Of a stretch of 58,966 nt of DNA, positions 41,493 through 50,900 are shown one piece after another. Position 1 is the stretch's first letter, and each line of letters begins with the position of its first letter. Below the pieces are notes generated by a model. It was not told the origin of the DNA and ran no database searches. It worked only from the letters and a program-made list of their open reading frames with translations. The DNA lies in NCBI GenBank assembly GCA_964386365.1, contig CAYLQR010000007.1, forward strand, positions 1-58,966, given 5' to 3'. This DNA comes from an uncultured Candidatus Saccharibacteria bacterium. Its GTDB lineage: Bacteria; Patescibacteriota; Minisyncoccia; Minisyncoccales; UBA1441. A program made the position numbers and the translations under genes.

Positions 41493-42182
41493 TTAACGAA
41501 CAATACATCGTTGAACATAAGGAGCAATTTGCTCCTTCATTTTTTCTAATTCTTCCTCACTATAAGAAGCTTCTTTCTGGAAACGAGGGTCAAGAGTCTT
41601 GGTAGGAATAAAATTTTGAAGGGCATATAGTTTTGCCCCCTTAATTAAAGAAGCAATTTTAAGAAGATCTTCTAATGATAGCTGGGATTTAACAATTGTT
41701 GTCCGAAATTCATAATCAAGCCCAGAATTCATAATCAGAGCAATCGTTTCTCTTATCTTCTCCGGATTGACCTTAGAACAAGTTACTTCTTGATAACGCT
41801 CTAAGGGAGCTTTGACATCTAAAGCCAGATAATCAACTAGCTTTTTTTTAAGGACCTCTTCCACTCTCTCGGGAGAGCTTCCGTTAGTATCTAATTTTAC
41901 CAGAAAGCCCATTTTCTTTAGACGGGCTAAAAAATCCAAAAGATCGGGCTGAAGGGTTGGCTCTCCCCCAGTTACTTCTACCGCCTCTAATTGGTTTCGG
42001 CGTTTTTCTAAAAAAGAAAAGATTTCCTCTTCTGGAAGAGGAGGAGAAAAATGCTCGGGAAGAACCAATTCTGGATTATGACAATAGGGACAGCGAAAAT
42101 TACAACCTTGAGTAAAAATGATAGCTGAAATTTTCCCCGGGTAATCAATCAGCGAAAATTTTTGAAGCCCGCCGATAATCAT
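41493..42182 (-). CDS. nrdG: anaerobic ribonucleoside-triphosphate reductase activating protein (radical SAM)
   Basis: GCNFRCPYCHNPE CxxxCxxC motif, VTGGEPT. TAATG overlap with the nrdD stop. Confidence 0.92.
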   Translation of the reverse strand: MIIGGLQKFSLIDYPGKISAIIFTQGCNFRCPYCHNPELVLPEHFSPPLPEEEIFSFLEKRRNQLEAVEVTGGEPTLQPDLLDFLARLKKMGFLVKLDTNGSSPERVEEVLKKKLVDYLALDVKAPLERYQEVTCSKVNPEKIRETIALIMNSGLDYEFRTTIVKSQLSLEDLLKIASLIKGAKLYALQNFIPTKTLDPRFQKEASYSEEELEKMKEQIAPYVQRCIVR

Positions 42183-45100
42183 TACTCTTCTACTTTAAAG
42201 GTCTTTCTCTCCTTAAATTCTTCCGCCTTGCCTTCATTCCACTGGCTAACTGGGCGAAGATAACCAACCGAACGGGAATAAACTTCTGTCTTCGCTCCAC
42301 ACTTTGGACAAACCGGCTGATTACCCGGAAGGTACCCGTGACTAGGGCAAATACTAAAAGTCGGGGTAAAAGTGAAATAAGGCAAATGGTATTTTTGGCA
42401 AACCTTTCGGACTAATTTTTTAATAACTTCTTTGTCCTTGACTCTTTCTCCAGCAAAGAGATGAAGAACCGTTCCTCCAGTATATTTTTGCTGAATTTCG
42501 TCCTGCAAATCAAGAGCTTCAAAAACATCATCAGTATAATTTATTGGCAATTGACTAGAATTAGTGTAGAAGGGCTCCGCTCCTTTCTGATATTCTTTTT
42601 CATTGGCACAAATTATATCTGGAAATTCCTTCTTGTCTTTTAAGGCTAAACGATAGGCCGTTCCTTCGGCCGGAGTTGCCTCTAAATTATAGTTATTTCC
42701 TGTTTCTTCTTGGAATTTAACGAGTTTATCCCTCATAAAATCGAGAACCTCTAGAGTAAATTCTCGGGATTCTGGTTCTCCCAAATTCTTTCCTAAAAGA
42801 TTAAGAGTTGCTTCGTTCATCCCAATCAAACCAATAGTAGAAAAATGGTTTTTCCAAAAAGCGTTGAATCTTTCTTTAGTCGCCCGAAGATAAAATTTAG
42901 AGTAAGGATAAAGATCTTGATCAGTTAATCTTTCCAAGAGCTTCCTTTTAATCTCTAGACTATTCTTGGCTAAAATCATCAATTTATCTAGCCGTTGATA
43001 AAAATCTTCTTTATCTTTAGCTAAATAAGCTAAACGAGGAAGATTAATAGTTACGACACCAACCGAACCAGTTAAAGGATTAGCTCCAAAATAACCTCCC
43101 CCCCTTCTTTCTAACTGCCGGAGGTCAAGCCGAAGCCGACAACACATGCTTCTCACGTCCTCTGGTTTCATATCAGCGTTCACAAAATTAGCAAAATAAG
43201 GCAAGCCGTATTTAGCCGTTGCTTCCCATAAATAGTCAATAGCCTTATTCTCCCAATCAAATTCCGGATCGATATTATAGGTCGGAATAGGAAAAGTAAA
43301 AACTCTTCCTTTGGCGTCTCCCTCCAGCATAACTTCCAGCAAAGCTTTATTAAAAACATTCATCTCTTCCTGAAATTCTCCATAGGTTTCTTTCTGAAGC
43401 TCTCCCCCGATAATGACCGGCTGATCTTTGTAAACCGGCGAGGGATTTAAGTCAAGAGTAATGTTAGTGTAAGGTGTCTGAAATCCGACTCTCGTCGGAA
43501 CATTCATATTAAAGATGAATTCTTGCAAAGCCTGTTTTACCTGGTCATAACTTAGATGATCAACTCGAATAAAAGGAGCTAATAAAGTATCAAAGTTGGA
43601 AAAAGCTTGAGCTCCAGCCGCTTCTCCTTGCAAGGTATAGAAAAAATTCACTATCTGGCCTAAAGCCGTTCGGAGATGTTTAGCCGGAACACTTTCTGTT
43701 TTTCCCGCTACTCCTTTAAATCCCTGAAGAAGTAAATCTTGAAGATCCCAGCCGACACAATTATGGTTCCACATCCCGTTGACAACAAGAGTTGAGCTGG
43801 CTGTTGTAATATCATAAATAAAATCATCTGGGATGTTCGCTTTTTTGTTATCTAACACAATATGCCAGGAATCTTTTGTTTCATCCTGCCAAGCTTTTCT
43901 AGAAAGATTAGCCTTTTTATATTTTTCAGAAGGAAGTTCTTCTTTCGTCTTTCTAAAAGAGATTCCATATAATGGATAATTCTGTTTTATTTTTCTCCCT
44001 TTGTAAGAACGGATTGTTCCTTCTCCTTCCAGACTTCTATCTCTCGGAGTAAATCCTAACAAGGATAAAAGAACAGAACATTGCTCAAGCATTGCTCGGG
44101 CAGAAATTCGAAGAGAAATAGTTGCCCCAGAAGTCTCAATCGAACCATCTCCATCTATTAATCCACCAAGCATTCCTTTCACGAATTCCTTATTATAAAG
44201 AAGACTGTCTACTGGAAGAGTTTTGTTTTTCGAACCCGTCTTTATCTTAAATACTTCTTGAAAAAGGAATTTAAGAAAAGGATTTTTAATTTCTAATGCG
44301 TATCCATTTTTTCTTTTTATCAGCCGTCCGGAGATTCCATTCTCTAGTAATCCTTCATTCGCTTTTAGGAGAAACCCTTTATCCTTTTGGGCAAGCGAAA
44401 TATTTCTAGAGCTTTTAACATCATAAGAAAGATAACCTTCGGCCAAAGTAAAGCCCACAAAATATCCAAATTTCTCAGTCAGTTTAATCTTTCTCGGAAT
44501 AGAAAAAGTCGCCGTTTGTAAAATCCCTTCTTTATTTTCCTTCTTGGAAACTTCTTTCAAAGGAAGCCCATTAAAATAGACTTTAAATCCTTTCCAGCTT
44601 CCTTCTCTTACCTCTTTAAGCAAGTCTATTTCCTGAAGAGAAAAAAGTTTTTCTTTTTTCAATAGCTTATTCAAATCTACTGTAAAGAGTTTGTCTTCTT
44701 TGGTCACGTTCTCGGCTGTCTTCTCCCCTTTCTCTGTAATCATCGGGTGATTATCCGTCACGATAACACTACGGCCTCCTCTGTTTTTAACAAAGGACAT
44801 TTCTCGATTCTTTATTTTTCTTGTTAATCTCTTCACCTCTGTCCAGCCGTTCTTATCCAAGACATAAACATTCTTGGGATATTTAGCATAAACTCTTTCT
44901 TCTTCATTAATTAATCTTTCTTGTTTTTCAATTAGACTATAAAGCTTCTCAAAGGAAATTAATTTTATTGATCCTTTAATTTTAGCAACGACGACCTCTT
45001 GTCCATAATAAGTATAGACAGCTAATATCCCGAGATCATGAATATGGAAGTCGCCTCTTTCATAAGCTTCTCTAATTTCTGGAGGATAGACTTTTCTCAA

Positions 45101-45529
45101 CCAATAGGTTTTACTAACTTCATTGGCCAAATAGTTATTTAATCCCTGGAGAGAGAAGGCCATATTACTATTTTCCTTCACTTGCCAATCACGACGACTA
45201 AGATATTGATCCACCAAATCAACTGACATTTTGTCTTTAGTTTCCCGCAAACGAGTATGCTGCTCCCGATAAATAATATAAGCCTTGGCTGTTTTTTGAT
45301 AAGGGGAAGTCAAAAGAATTTGTTCTACAACGTCTTGAATCTCCTCAACTACCGGCACTTTATGATTAAGGGCCTGTTGAGCTAAATTCAGAACTTGAAT
45401 GGTCAATCGCTTGGCTACTTGATCATCAAACTCTCCTGTTGCCGATCCAGCACTAGCAATAGCTTTAGTAATTTTATCAGGATCAAACTTAACCGTTCTT
45501 CCGTCTCTTTTCTTGATTTGTTGGAACAT
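42182..45529 (-). CDS. nrdD: anaerobic (class III) ribonucleoside-triphosphate reductase, intein-containing precursor
   Basis: N-terminal ATP-cone (IKKRDGRTVKFDPDKITKAI), HIHDL, C-terminal Zn site CPSHG..CPKCG and glycyl-radical motif RSVGYLRPV. 1115 aa including a 418-aa insertion. Confidence 0.95.
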   Translation of the reverse strand: MFQQIKKRDGRTVKFDPDKITKAIASAGSATGEFDDQVAKRLTIQVLNLAQQALNHKVPVVEEIQDVVEQILLTSPYQKTAKAYIIYREQHTRLRETKDKMSVDLVDQYLSRRDWQVKENSNMAFSLQGLNNYLANEVSKTYWLRKVYPPEIREAYERGDFHIHDLGILAVYTYYGQEVVVAKIKGSIKLISFEKLYSLIEKQERLINEEERVYAKYPKNVYVLDKNGWTEVKRLTRKIKNREMSFVKNRGGRSVIVTDNHPMITEKGEKTAENVTKEDKLFTVDLNKLLKKEKLFSLQEIDLLKEVREGSWKGFKVYFNGLPLKEVSKKENKEGILQTATFSIPRKIKLTEKFGYFVGFTLAEGYLSYDVKSSRNISLAQKDKGFLLKANEGLLENGISGRLIKRKNGYALEIKNPFLKFLFQEVFKIKTGSKNKTLPVDSLLYNKEFVKGMLGGLIDGDGSIETSGATISLRISARAMLEQCSVLLSLLGFTPRDRSLEGEGTIRSYKGRKIKQNYPLYGISFRKTKEELPSEKYKKANLSRKAWQDETKDSWHIVLDNKKANIPDDFIYDITTASSTLVVNGMWNHNCVGWDLQDLLLQGFKGVAGKTESVPAKHLRTALGQIVNFFYTLQGEAAGAQAFSNFDTLLAPFIRVDHLSYDQVKQALQEFIFNMNVPTRVGFQTPYTNITLDLNPSPVYKDQPVIIGGELQKETYGEFQEEMNVFNKALLEVMLEGDAKGRVFTFPIPTYNIDPEFDWENKAIDYLWEATAKYGLPYFANFVNADMKPEDVRSMCCRLRLDLRQLERRGGGYFGANPLTGSVGVVTINLPRLAYLAKDKEDFYQRLDKLMILAKNSLEIKRKLLERLTDQDLYPYSKFYLRATKERFNAFWKNHFSTIGLIGMNEATLNLLGKNLGEPESREFTLEVLDFMRDKLVKFQEETGNNYNLEATPAEGTAYRLALKDKKEFPDIICANEKEYQKGAEPFYTNSSQLPINYTDDVFEALDLQDEIQQKYTGGTVLHLFAGERVKDKEVIKKLVRKVCQKYHLPYFTFTPTFSICPSHGYLPGNQPVCPKCGAKTEVYSRSVGYLRPVSQWNEGKAEEFKERKTFKVEE
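43760..45013 (-). mobile_element. intein with LAGLIDADG homing-endonuclease domain inside nrdD (residues 173-590)
   Basis: Block A-like TYYGQEVVVAKIKGSIKLISFEKL, block B IVTDNHPMIT, LAGLIDADG motifs GYFVGFTLAEGYLS and KGMLGGLIDGDGSI, terminal VVNGMWNHN followed by Cys (CVGWDL). Flanks rejoin as HIHDLGILAVY|CVGWDLQDLL. Confidence 0.85.
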
Positions 45530-45555
45530 AAATGGATAAAAAAGTTAGTTAAAAG

Positions 45556-45589
45556 AAAAAAAATCTAGCATCATTTTCATGATCCTAGA
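45556..45589 (-). promoter_or_regulatory. terminator-like hairpin (GAAA loop plus U8) in the nrdD 5-prime leader, candidate attenuator
   Basis: Minus strand UCUAGGAUCAU-GAAA-AUGAUGCUAGA (one mismatch), then UUUUUUUU, ending 27 nt before the nrdD ATG. Confidence 0.5.
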
Positions 45590-45700
45590 AGTAAAATAGG
45601 GAAATTATAATAAAGAAAAAATAAAAAAATTCATGATTAGGAAAAGTCAGAAATTCTTTTTCGAGAGAATTTTTTCTCCCGTAAACCTAAATCTGAATTT

Positions 45701-45728
45701 ATTTTAGCAAGGGATTTCCTTGAGTCAA
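45701..45728 (-). promoter_or_regulatory. putative nrdDG promoter
   Basis: Minus strand TTGACT (45728-45723), 16 nt, TAAAAT (45706-45701). Lies between the CaCA terminator and the leader hairpin; implies a leader of about 165 nt. Confidence 0.5.
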
Positions 45729-45752
45729 ATTTTTCCCTCCTAAAGCCCGCCA

Positions 45753-45787
45753 ATTAAAGAAAAGGGAAAAATCTTCTTTTTCCCTCT
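45753..45787 (-). terminator. rho-independent terminator of the antiporter gene
   Basis: Minus strand AGGGAAAAA-GAAGA-TTTTTCCCT, then TTTCTTT. A third complementary copy (TTTTTCCCT on the plus strand, 45730-45738) could pair alternatively. Confidence 0.6.
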
Positions 45788-45812
45788 TGGCTCAAAAGTA
45801 AAAACTAGATTC

Positions 45813-46745
45813 TTAAACCAATAGAACAATAAAAAAGAAATAGAGAAGGAGGAAGAGCCCCCCCTCCCAAAAATAGATTTTTCGAAAAAGACAAACTAAG
45901 AGAAAAAGAAAAGTGGCTAGGGCCAAAACGGGTAAGCCAACCTCCATTGTTAAAGAATCAAGAAACAAGGGACGGAAACTAGCCGAAAGACCGCCCACTA
46001 AAAGAAGATTAAAAAGATTAGAACCAAAAATATTGCCTAGGCTTAAAGCTGGCTTTTTAGCTAAAGCAGCTCTTAAAGAGACAGCTAATTCCGGAAGAGA
46101 TGTCCCTACCGCCAAAGCCGTTACCGCTATTAAGGATTCAGCTAGACCTAAATGAGAGGCCACTTGAGTAAGAGACAAAATAAGATAATGAGCTCCTACC
46201 GCCAAGCCGGTTAAACCAAAGATAAGTTGGCTTAACTCTTTTGATTTTAAATGGCCTTTTTTCTCCTTGCTTTCTTTCACCAATTCTTTTTTCTTTCCCC
46301 AAAAAGCATAGTAAAAAAGGAGAAGGATAGCCAAAGAAAAAAGAAGAACTCCTTCAACTGAAGTAATTTTCTGGTCGGCGGCTAAGACTAAAAAAAGAAC
46401 AGTCCCCCCAAGAAGCAAAGGAACGTCTATTTTAAGAATACGTTTTTGGACAGATAAAGACCAACTAAGTAAAGCAGTCAAGCCAACTATCAAAAAAATA
46501 TTGGCAACATTAGAACCAACGATATTAGCCACTACTACTTCTCCCTTCCCCTGCCAAACAGCAGCTAAAGAAGCAGCCAGTTCCGGCAAGGAGGTTCCTA
46601 ACCCCAGAAGAACCACCCCGATAACAAAAGGAGAAAGACGCAAGAAGTAACCTACTTCTTGCGCCCCTTTTAAAACCCAGTTTGATGATTTTACTAACAG
46701 GATCAAGGAAGCGACAAACAATAAAAGAGACAACAACAGAGACAT
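45813..46745 (-). CDS. Ca2+/cation antiporter (CaCA family, YrbG-like)
   Basis: Two alpha-repeats: GTSLPELAASL ... GSNVANIFLIVG and GTSLPELAVSL ... GSNLFNLLLVGG; about 10 TM. Confidence 0.88.
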   Translation of the reverse strand: MSLLLSLLLFVASLILLVKSSNWVLKGAQEVGYFLRLSPFVIGVVLLGLGTSLPELAASLAAVWQGKGEVVVANIVGSNVANIFLIVGLTALLSWSLSVQKRILKIDVPLLLGGTVLFLVLAADQKITSVEGVLLFSLAILLLFYYAFWGKKKELVKESKEKKGHLKSKELSQLIFGLTGLAVGAHYLILSLTQVASHLGLAESLIAVTALAVGTSLPELAVSLRAALAKKPALSLGNIFGSNLFNLLLVGGLSASFRPLFLDSLTMEVGLPVLALATFLFLLVCLFRKIYFWEGGLFLLLYFFFIVLLV

Positions 46746-46754
46746 AAGTATTTT

Positions 46755-46958
46755 TTAGCGCCAGACCCCATTCAATCTTAAAGCTTTAAAAATCTTTAAT
46801 TGTTTAGCTACCATTTGTTGTCCAATTGCATTTCCCAGCTTAACATGTTCAATCAATGCCTCTCGGTGATAAGACCGAGAATCAATAATAACCTCCTGTT
46901 GAGGAGGCATTCCTTCTAATCGCCGGAGAACTATTTCTTTAGCTTCTTCTAACAGCAT
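46755..46958 (-). CDS. small hypothetical protein (67 aa)
   Basis: ORF only; 9 nt upstream of the antiporter gene. No recognisable motif. Confidence 0.4.
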   Translation of the reverse strand: MLLEEAKEIVLRRLEGMPPQQEVIIDSRSYHREALIEHVKLGNAIGQQMVAKQLKIFKALRLNGVWR

Positions 46959-47065
46959 AAAAAATTTAAGACGAGAGAGTCAAACCCAAAAACTCTTTCT
47001 GTTTTTTAATCAAAATTATTTTAACATATATTTTTAAAAAAGCTTAATTTCAAAACACTTACTCA

Positions 47066-47138
47066 TTGAGCGAGATTTAAGTGAGATCAAGTCTCACTCA
47101 ACTTGAGGGAGATTTTAAGTGAGATCAAGCCTCACTCA
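47066..47138 (+). repeat. tandem 35/36-bp direct repeat, each unit containing a hairpin, upstream of the surface-protein operon promoter
   Basis: Unit 1 TTGAGCGAGATTTAAGTGAGATCAAGTCTCACTCA (47066-47100); unit 2 TTGAGGGAGATTTTAAGTGAGATCAAGCCTCACTCA (47103-47138). Internal AGTGAGA/TCTCACT inverted repeat; extra TTGAG copies at 47145 and 47155. Confidence 0.8.
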
Positions 47139-47188
47139 CTCCGCTTGAGTTTATGTTGAGCTAAACTAAGCATCTTTACCTTGACCCC

Positions 47189-47216
47189 TTGACAAATTAT
47201 ATTTACTAATTATAAT
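47189..47216 (+). promoter_or_regulatory. near-consensus sigma70-type promoter of the 47244-54239 operon
   Basis: TTGACA (47189-47194), 16 nt, TATAAT (47211-47216), 28 nt before the ATG at 47244. Confidence 0.6.
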
Positions 47217-47243
47217 AATGGCTAATTTTTAAAGTACTTAAAA

Positions 47244-47912
47244 ATGAATAAAAAACAAATTTTTTCTTTTATTATTCCCTTAACCATCCTCGGTCTGTTA
47301 ATCATTGGACTGTGGCTTTTTCAGCATTTTTCTAAACCCGAAGAGTCGTCTTCTCCTTATGCTTATTCTTCCTCTTCCCAACCATGGAGTCAGGCAGAGG
47401 ATTTTGTTCTTGAGGAAAAAACCAATGGCATTCTAATTAAGAATCTTAGGATTCCTTTCTCTTGCCAATTGCCTCTAGGTTGGAGAGCAGAGATTGAAAA
47501 AATAAAAGAAGGAGAATGGGCTATTAATACCTACAGTTCAGAAACTACTTTTAATAGCAACCATTTGATTGAAGAGGGTTGCTGGCTAACTCTAGAGACA
47601 GTCCAATCAGGAGAACTGCATAGTCTTCTAGAAAAAGAGATCCAACAACTTTTAGAATCAGCTAATTTGTTAAATTCGGAACCTATTTTTGAAACAGCTC
47701 AAGGAGAAGAACATCGTGTTCTCCTAACCGGAAGTTATTATCCTGCTTTAGAAGAAAAAGGTCCTTGGCTTAATAACCGTCAATTGATTACCGTTTATCT
47801 TCCGTTAGAGAAAGGTCAAATAGTCAAATGGGAAGGACAATTTTCTAGAAATAGCCAAGAAAATTGTCAACAAGATTTGGAATCTATTCTCAACACTATA
47901 AAAGCTGATTAA
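47244..47912 (+). CDS. membrane-anchored/secreted hypothetical protein
   Basis: 222 aa, N-terminal hydrophobic anchor FSFIIPLTILGLLIIGLWLF, Ser-rich linker. 4 nt before the giant ORF. Confidence 0.7.
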   Translation: MNKKQIFSFIIPLTILGLLIIGLWLFQHFSKPEESSSPYAYSSSSQPWSQAEDFVLEEKTNGILIKNLRIPFSCQLPLGWRAEIEKIKEGEWAINTYSSETTFNSNHLIEEGCWLTLETVQSGELHSLLEKEIQQLLESANLLNSEPIFETAQGEEHRVLLTGSYYPALEEKGPWLNNRQLITVYLPLEKGQIVKWEGQFSRNSQENCQQDLESILNTIKAD

Positions 47913-47916
47913 ATCC

Positions 47917-50900
47917 ATGTTTCGTTTTCGTTTTCCCTGGTTAATCCTTTTTTTGATTCTCTTTATTTTTTCTAATGCTAACCTAACCCTAGGAGCTACT
48001 TCTTACAAGGCTCTACCAAAAACGGAGACAGCTAGTCTTTTTAGAATTATTCATAATTTTCTTCGGGAAGAACAAATCTTAGCTTTTAGCCGAAAAGCTA
48101 ATTTTTCCAAACAAGGAGCAACTGCCATGACTATGTATGCTGTCCGTCAAGAAACAATTCAATTTTATTTCCAAGAACTTCCTCAGACAATTTCAAAAAA
48201 AATTCTCTTAGAAACGATAAAACTTGGCTATCGTCTACTTAATTCTTCCGGCATTGCCTATACTTTTCTTGATACTCTCGAGAATCTAAGTGTTCAAAAA
48301 GCTAATCAAATAGCTAAAGATTGGCTAACAGCTAATGATCTCCAGGCCACCGGTGGAGAAATTTCTTTTTCTTATCTTGACTACGAAAATCAAAATCAAA
48401 TAAGTTCTCTACAATACATCATCCTTTATTATCCTGAAGCTAAAAATAGTGGAAAAATAATTGCTGCTTTTTATTCGCCCGAATCACTTATTCCAAGCAG
48501 AGCTCGAGCTTCTATTCCTTGGCCCTACGAAGCTTGGCACCAGGCCGGTAATCGAAAAATTTCTCCCTTCATTGTAGAAATTGAAGGACAAGTAGAAAAA
48601 CAATATTCCGCTTATGGTTGGAAAAGCCGACCGAATCTTTCTACTATCTTCCCTTCCCTTGTCCCTCGATTTTCTTTCCAAGAAAAGTCTTCTGGTCTTT
48701 TTGCTCCTCTTAGCTGGATTAAAGATCAAGTCGTTAGCTTTTTTTCTCCTTCTTCTCCTCAAGAAATAGTTATTACTTCCCAAGATAATTTCTCGACTGA
48801 GATAGAAGATTTGAGGAAAACTGTTCAATCTCTTAAAGAAGTAGTCAAAGAGAAATCGTTTTCCGAAGATCCTCCAAAAGAAGATAATGATTCTTCTATC
48901 AAATTAGCAGAAGTTATTAAAGAATTAGCGAATTCTTTCTCTAGTCAAAACCAAGAGGAAGCTGAATTAATAAAACTTTTGAGAGAAACTTCCCAAACTC
49001 AGGCCATAATTGCCCAAATTCAAAGTCAGCCAACAATGATGAAAGATGATTCTTCAGAAGAAAAAGAGGAAAGCTCCTTAACAACCCAAACCTCTCAACC
49101 AATAGAAGAAACCTTTTGTTCAATTGAAAACCTTCCTCAGCCAGCTTGGGATAAAGTTATTTTCAACGAGATTGCCTGGATGGGAACAACTTCCTCTTCC
49201 AATAATGAGTGGTTAGAATTAAAGAACATTTCTTCCCAATCCATTAATCTTGAAGGCTGGCAAATTTTTAATCAAACCAAACACTTAACTCTCCGTTTCA
49301 ATGAAAACGATTCCATTTCTTATCGGAACTTTTTTCTTTTAGAGAGAGGGACTGACCAAAGTCTTCCAGGTCAAATAGCCGATAAAATCTACCAAGGAGC
49401 TATAAAAAACAGCGAAGAAAAGCTTTATCTTTTTGATCAAAACTGCCAACTCCAAGATATAGCTGAAGCCAAAACTGATTGGCCAGCCGGAGATAATAAC
49501 TCTAAAAGGACTATGGAAAGAAAAGAAAATCTTGCTTGGCAGACAAGTTATTCGGTTGGAGGAACTCCTAACAAAAAGAATAGCCAAGGCTGGCAACCCT
49601 CTTCCCCTAAAACAGAAAGTTCTTCTAATTCGATTACCGAAGAAAGTGTGAGTTCAGATCCTACTCCTACTGACAATTATCCGCCTCTAGCTGTCGCTGG
49701 TCCAGATCAGATTTTAACTTACGGCCAAACTATCCAACTTGACGCCAGTCAATCGGGAGACAATCTCGGAATTGTCTCTTACAAATGGGACATTACTCAA
49801 GATAGCCTTTGGAATTTTGTTCAGACTAATCCTGTTTTAGAATTAGAAGGCAATTTTTCTCCTGGAGAGTACATCTTCACTCTTGAAGTAGCAGATGCTG
49901 CTGGACAAACAGATCAAGATGAAATTGTAATAACCATTCTTGAAATTCCAAAAATTTTAATTAGCGAAATTCAGATTGAAGGAGAAAATAGTCAAGATGA
50001 ATTTATAGAGCTCTTTAATCCTCAAAATGAAGAAGTTTCTTTAATTAATTGGAAGCTAACCAAAAAGACAGCCACTGGGAATGAAGCAACTCTTGTTAGC
50101 TCTAAAGGTTTCAACGGATCCATTCCTCCTCAAGGTTACCTTCTTATCACTCCATCCAATCTTGACCCAACTCACGGTTACAAGGGAGAAGTTTCTCCCG
50201 ATCTTTATTATTCCAATGCCAGCTCTTCTTTAGCTGACAATAACACTCTTCTTCTCTATAATCCTCTCGACCAAGTAATTGATAAAGTCGGTTTCGGTCA
50301 AGGAGTAGTTGATTTTGAAGGAGAACCCTTTCCGGAAAATCCAGAAGCTGGCTTTAGCCTTGGCCGTTTATGGAATCAGGAATTACTAACTTACGAAGAT
50401 AAAGATAATAATCAGAATGACTTTCTGATTAGTCTCCCTACTCCCAAAGCCCAGAATAAGCCTTATCTAGGACCAGTTTTTCCAGAAATTGATTTTTACC
50501 TTTCCGATTTAGAAAGCGGATCTCTAACCATTACTACCCAACCGGAAGTAAAGGTTAACATTCTTAATGACCAAGAAGCCGGGGCTTGGTTTCTTTCAGA
50601 AGAAGAAATTATCTCTCTAGATGAAAATGACCCTCGATGGTTAACGGCAAAGCCAGATAACTTTACTCTTTCTCCAACTAGTGGAGAAAAGACAATATTT
50701 CTTTGGTTAAAAGACCAAAACGGAATGCTAAGTCCCCAGTATTCAGCTTCTATCACCCTTAGTCAAAATCCCCCTCAAGCCGTTTATGACCTTTCTCTTT
50801 ATCCAACTAAAACCAACGGAGAAATTCTTTTAACTTGGACTGCTCCCCAAATGGGAGAAGAAGAACCAGTTTACCAATACATTATTAAACAAAGCCTCTC

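Noticed and set aside
45530-45812. NrdR boxes or a cobalamin riboswitch upstream of nrdD
   Set aside because: No pair of 16-bp ACACWATATATWGTGT-like palindromes and no B12-box (GCCACTG-like) were seen. The leader is AT-rich, with only the terminator-like hairpin.
47066-47138. CRISPR array
   Set aside because: Only two repeat copies, separated by 2 nt, with no spacers and no cas genes in the window.
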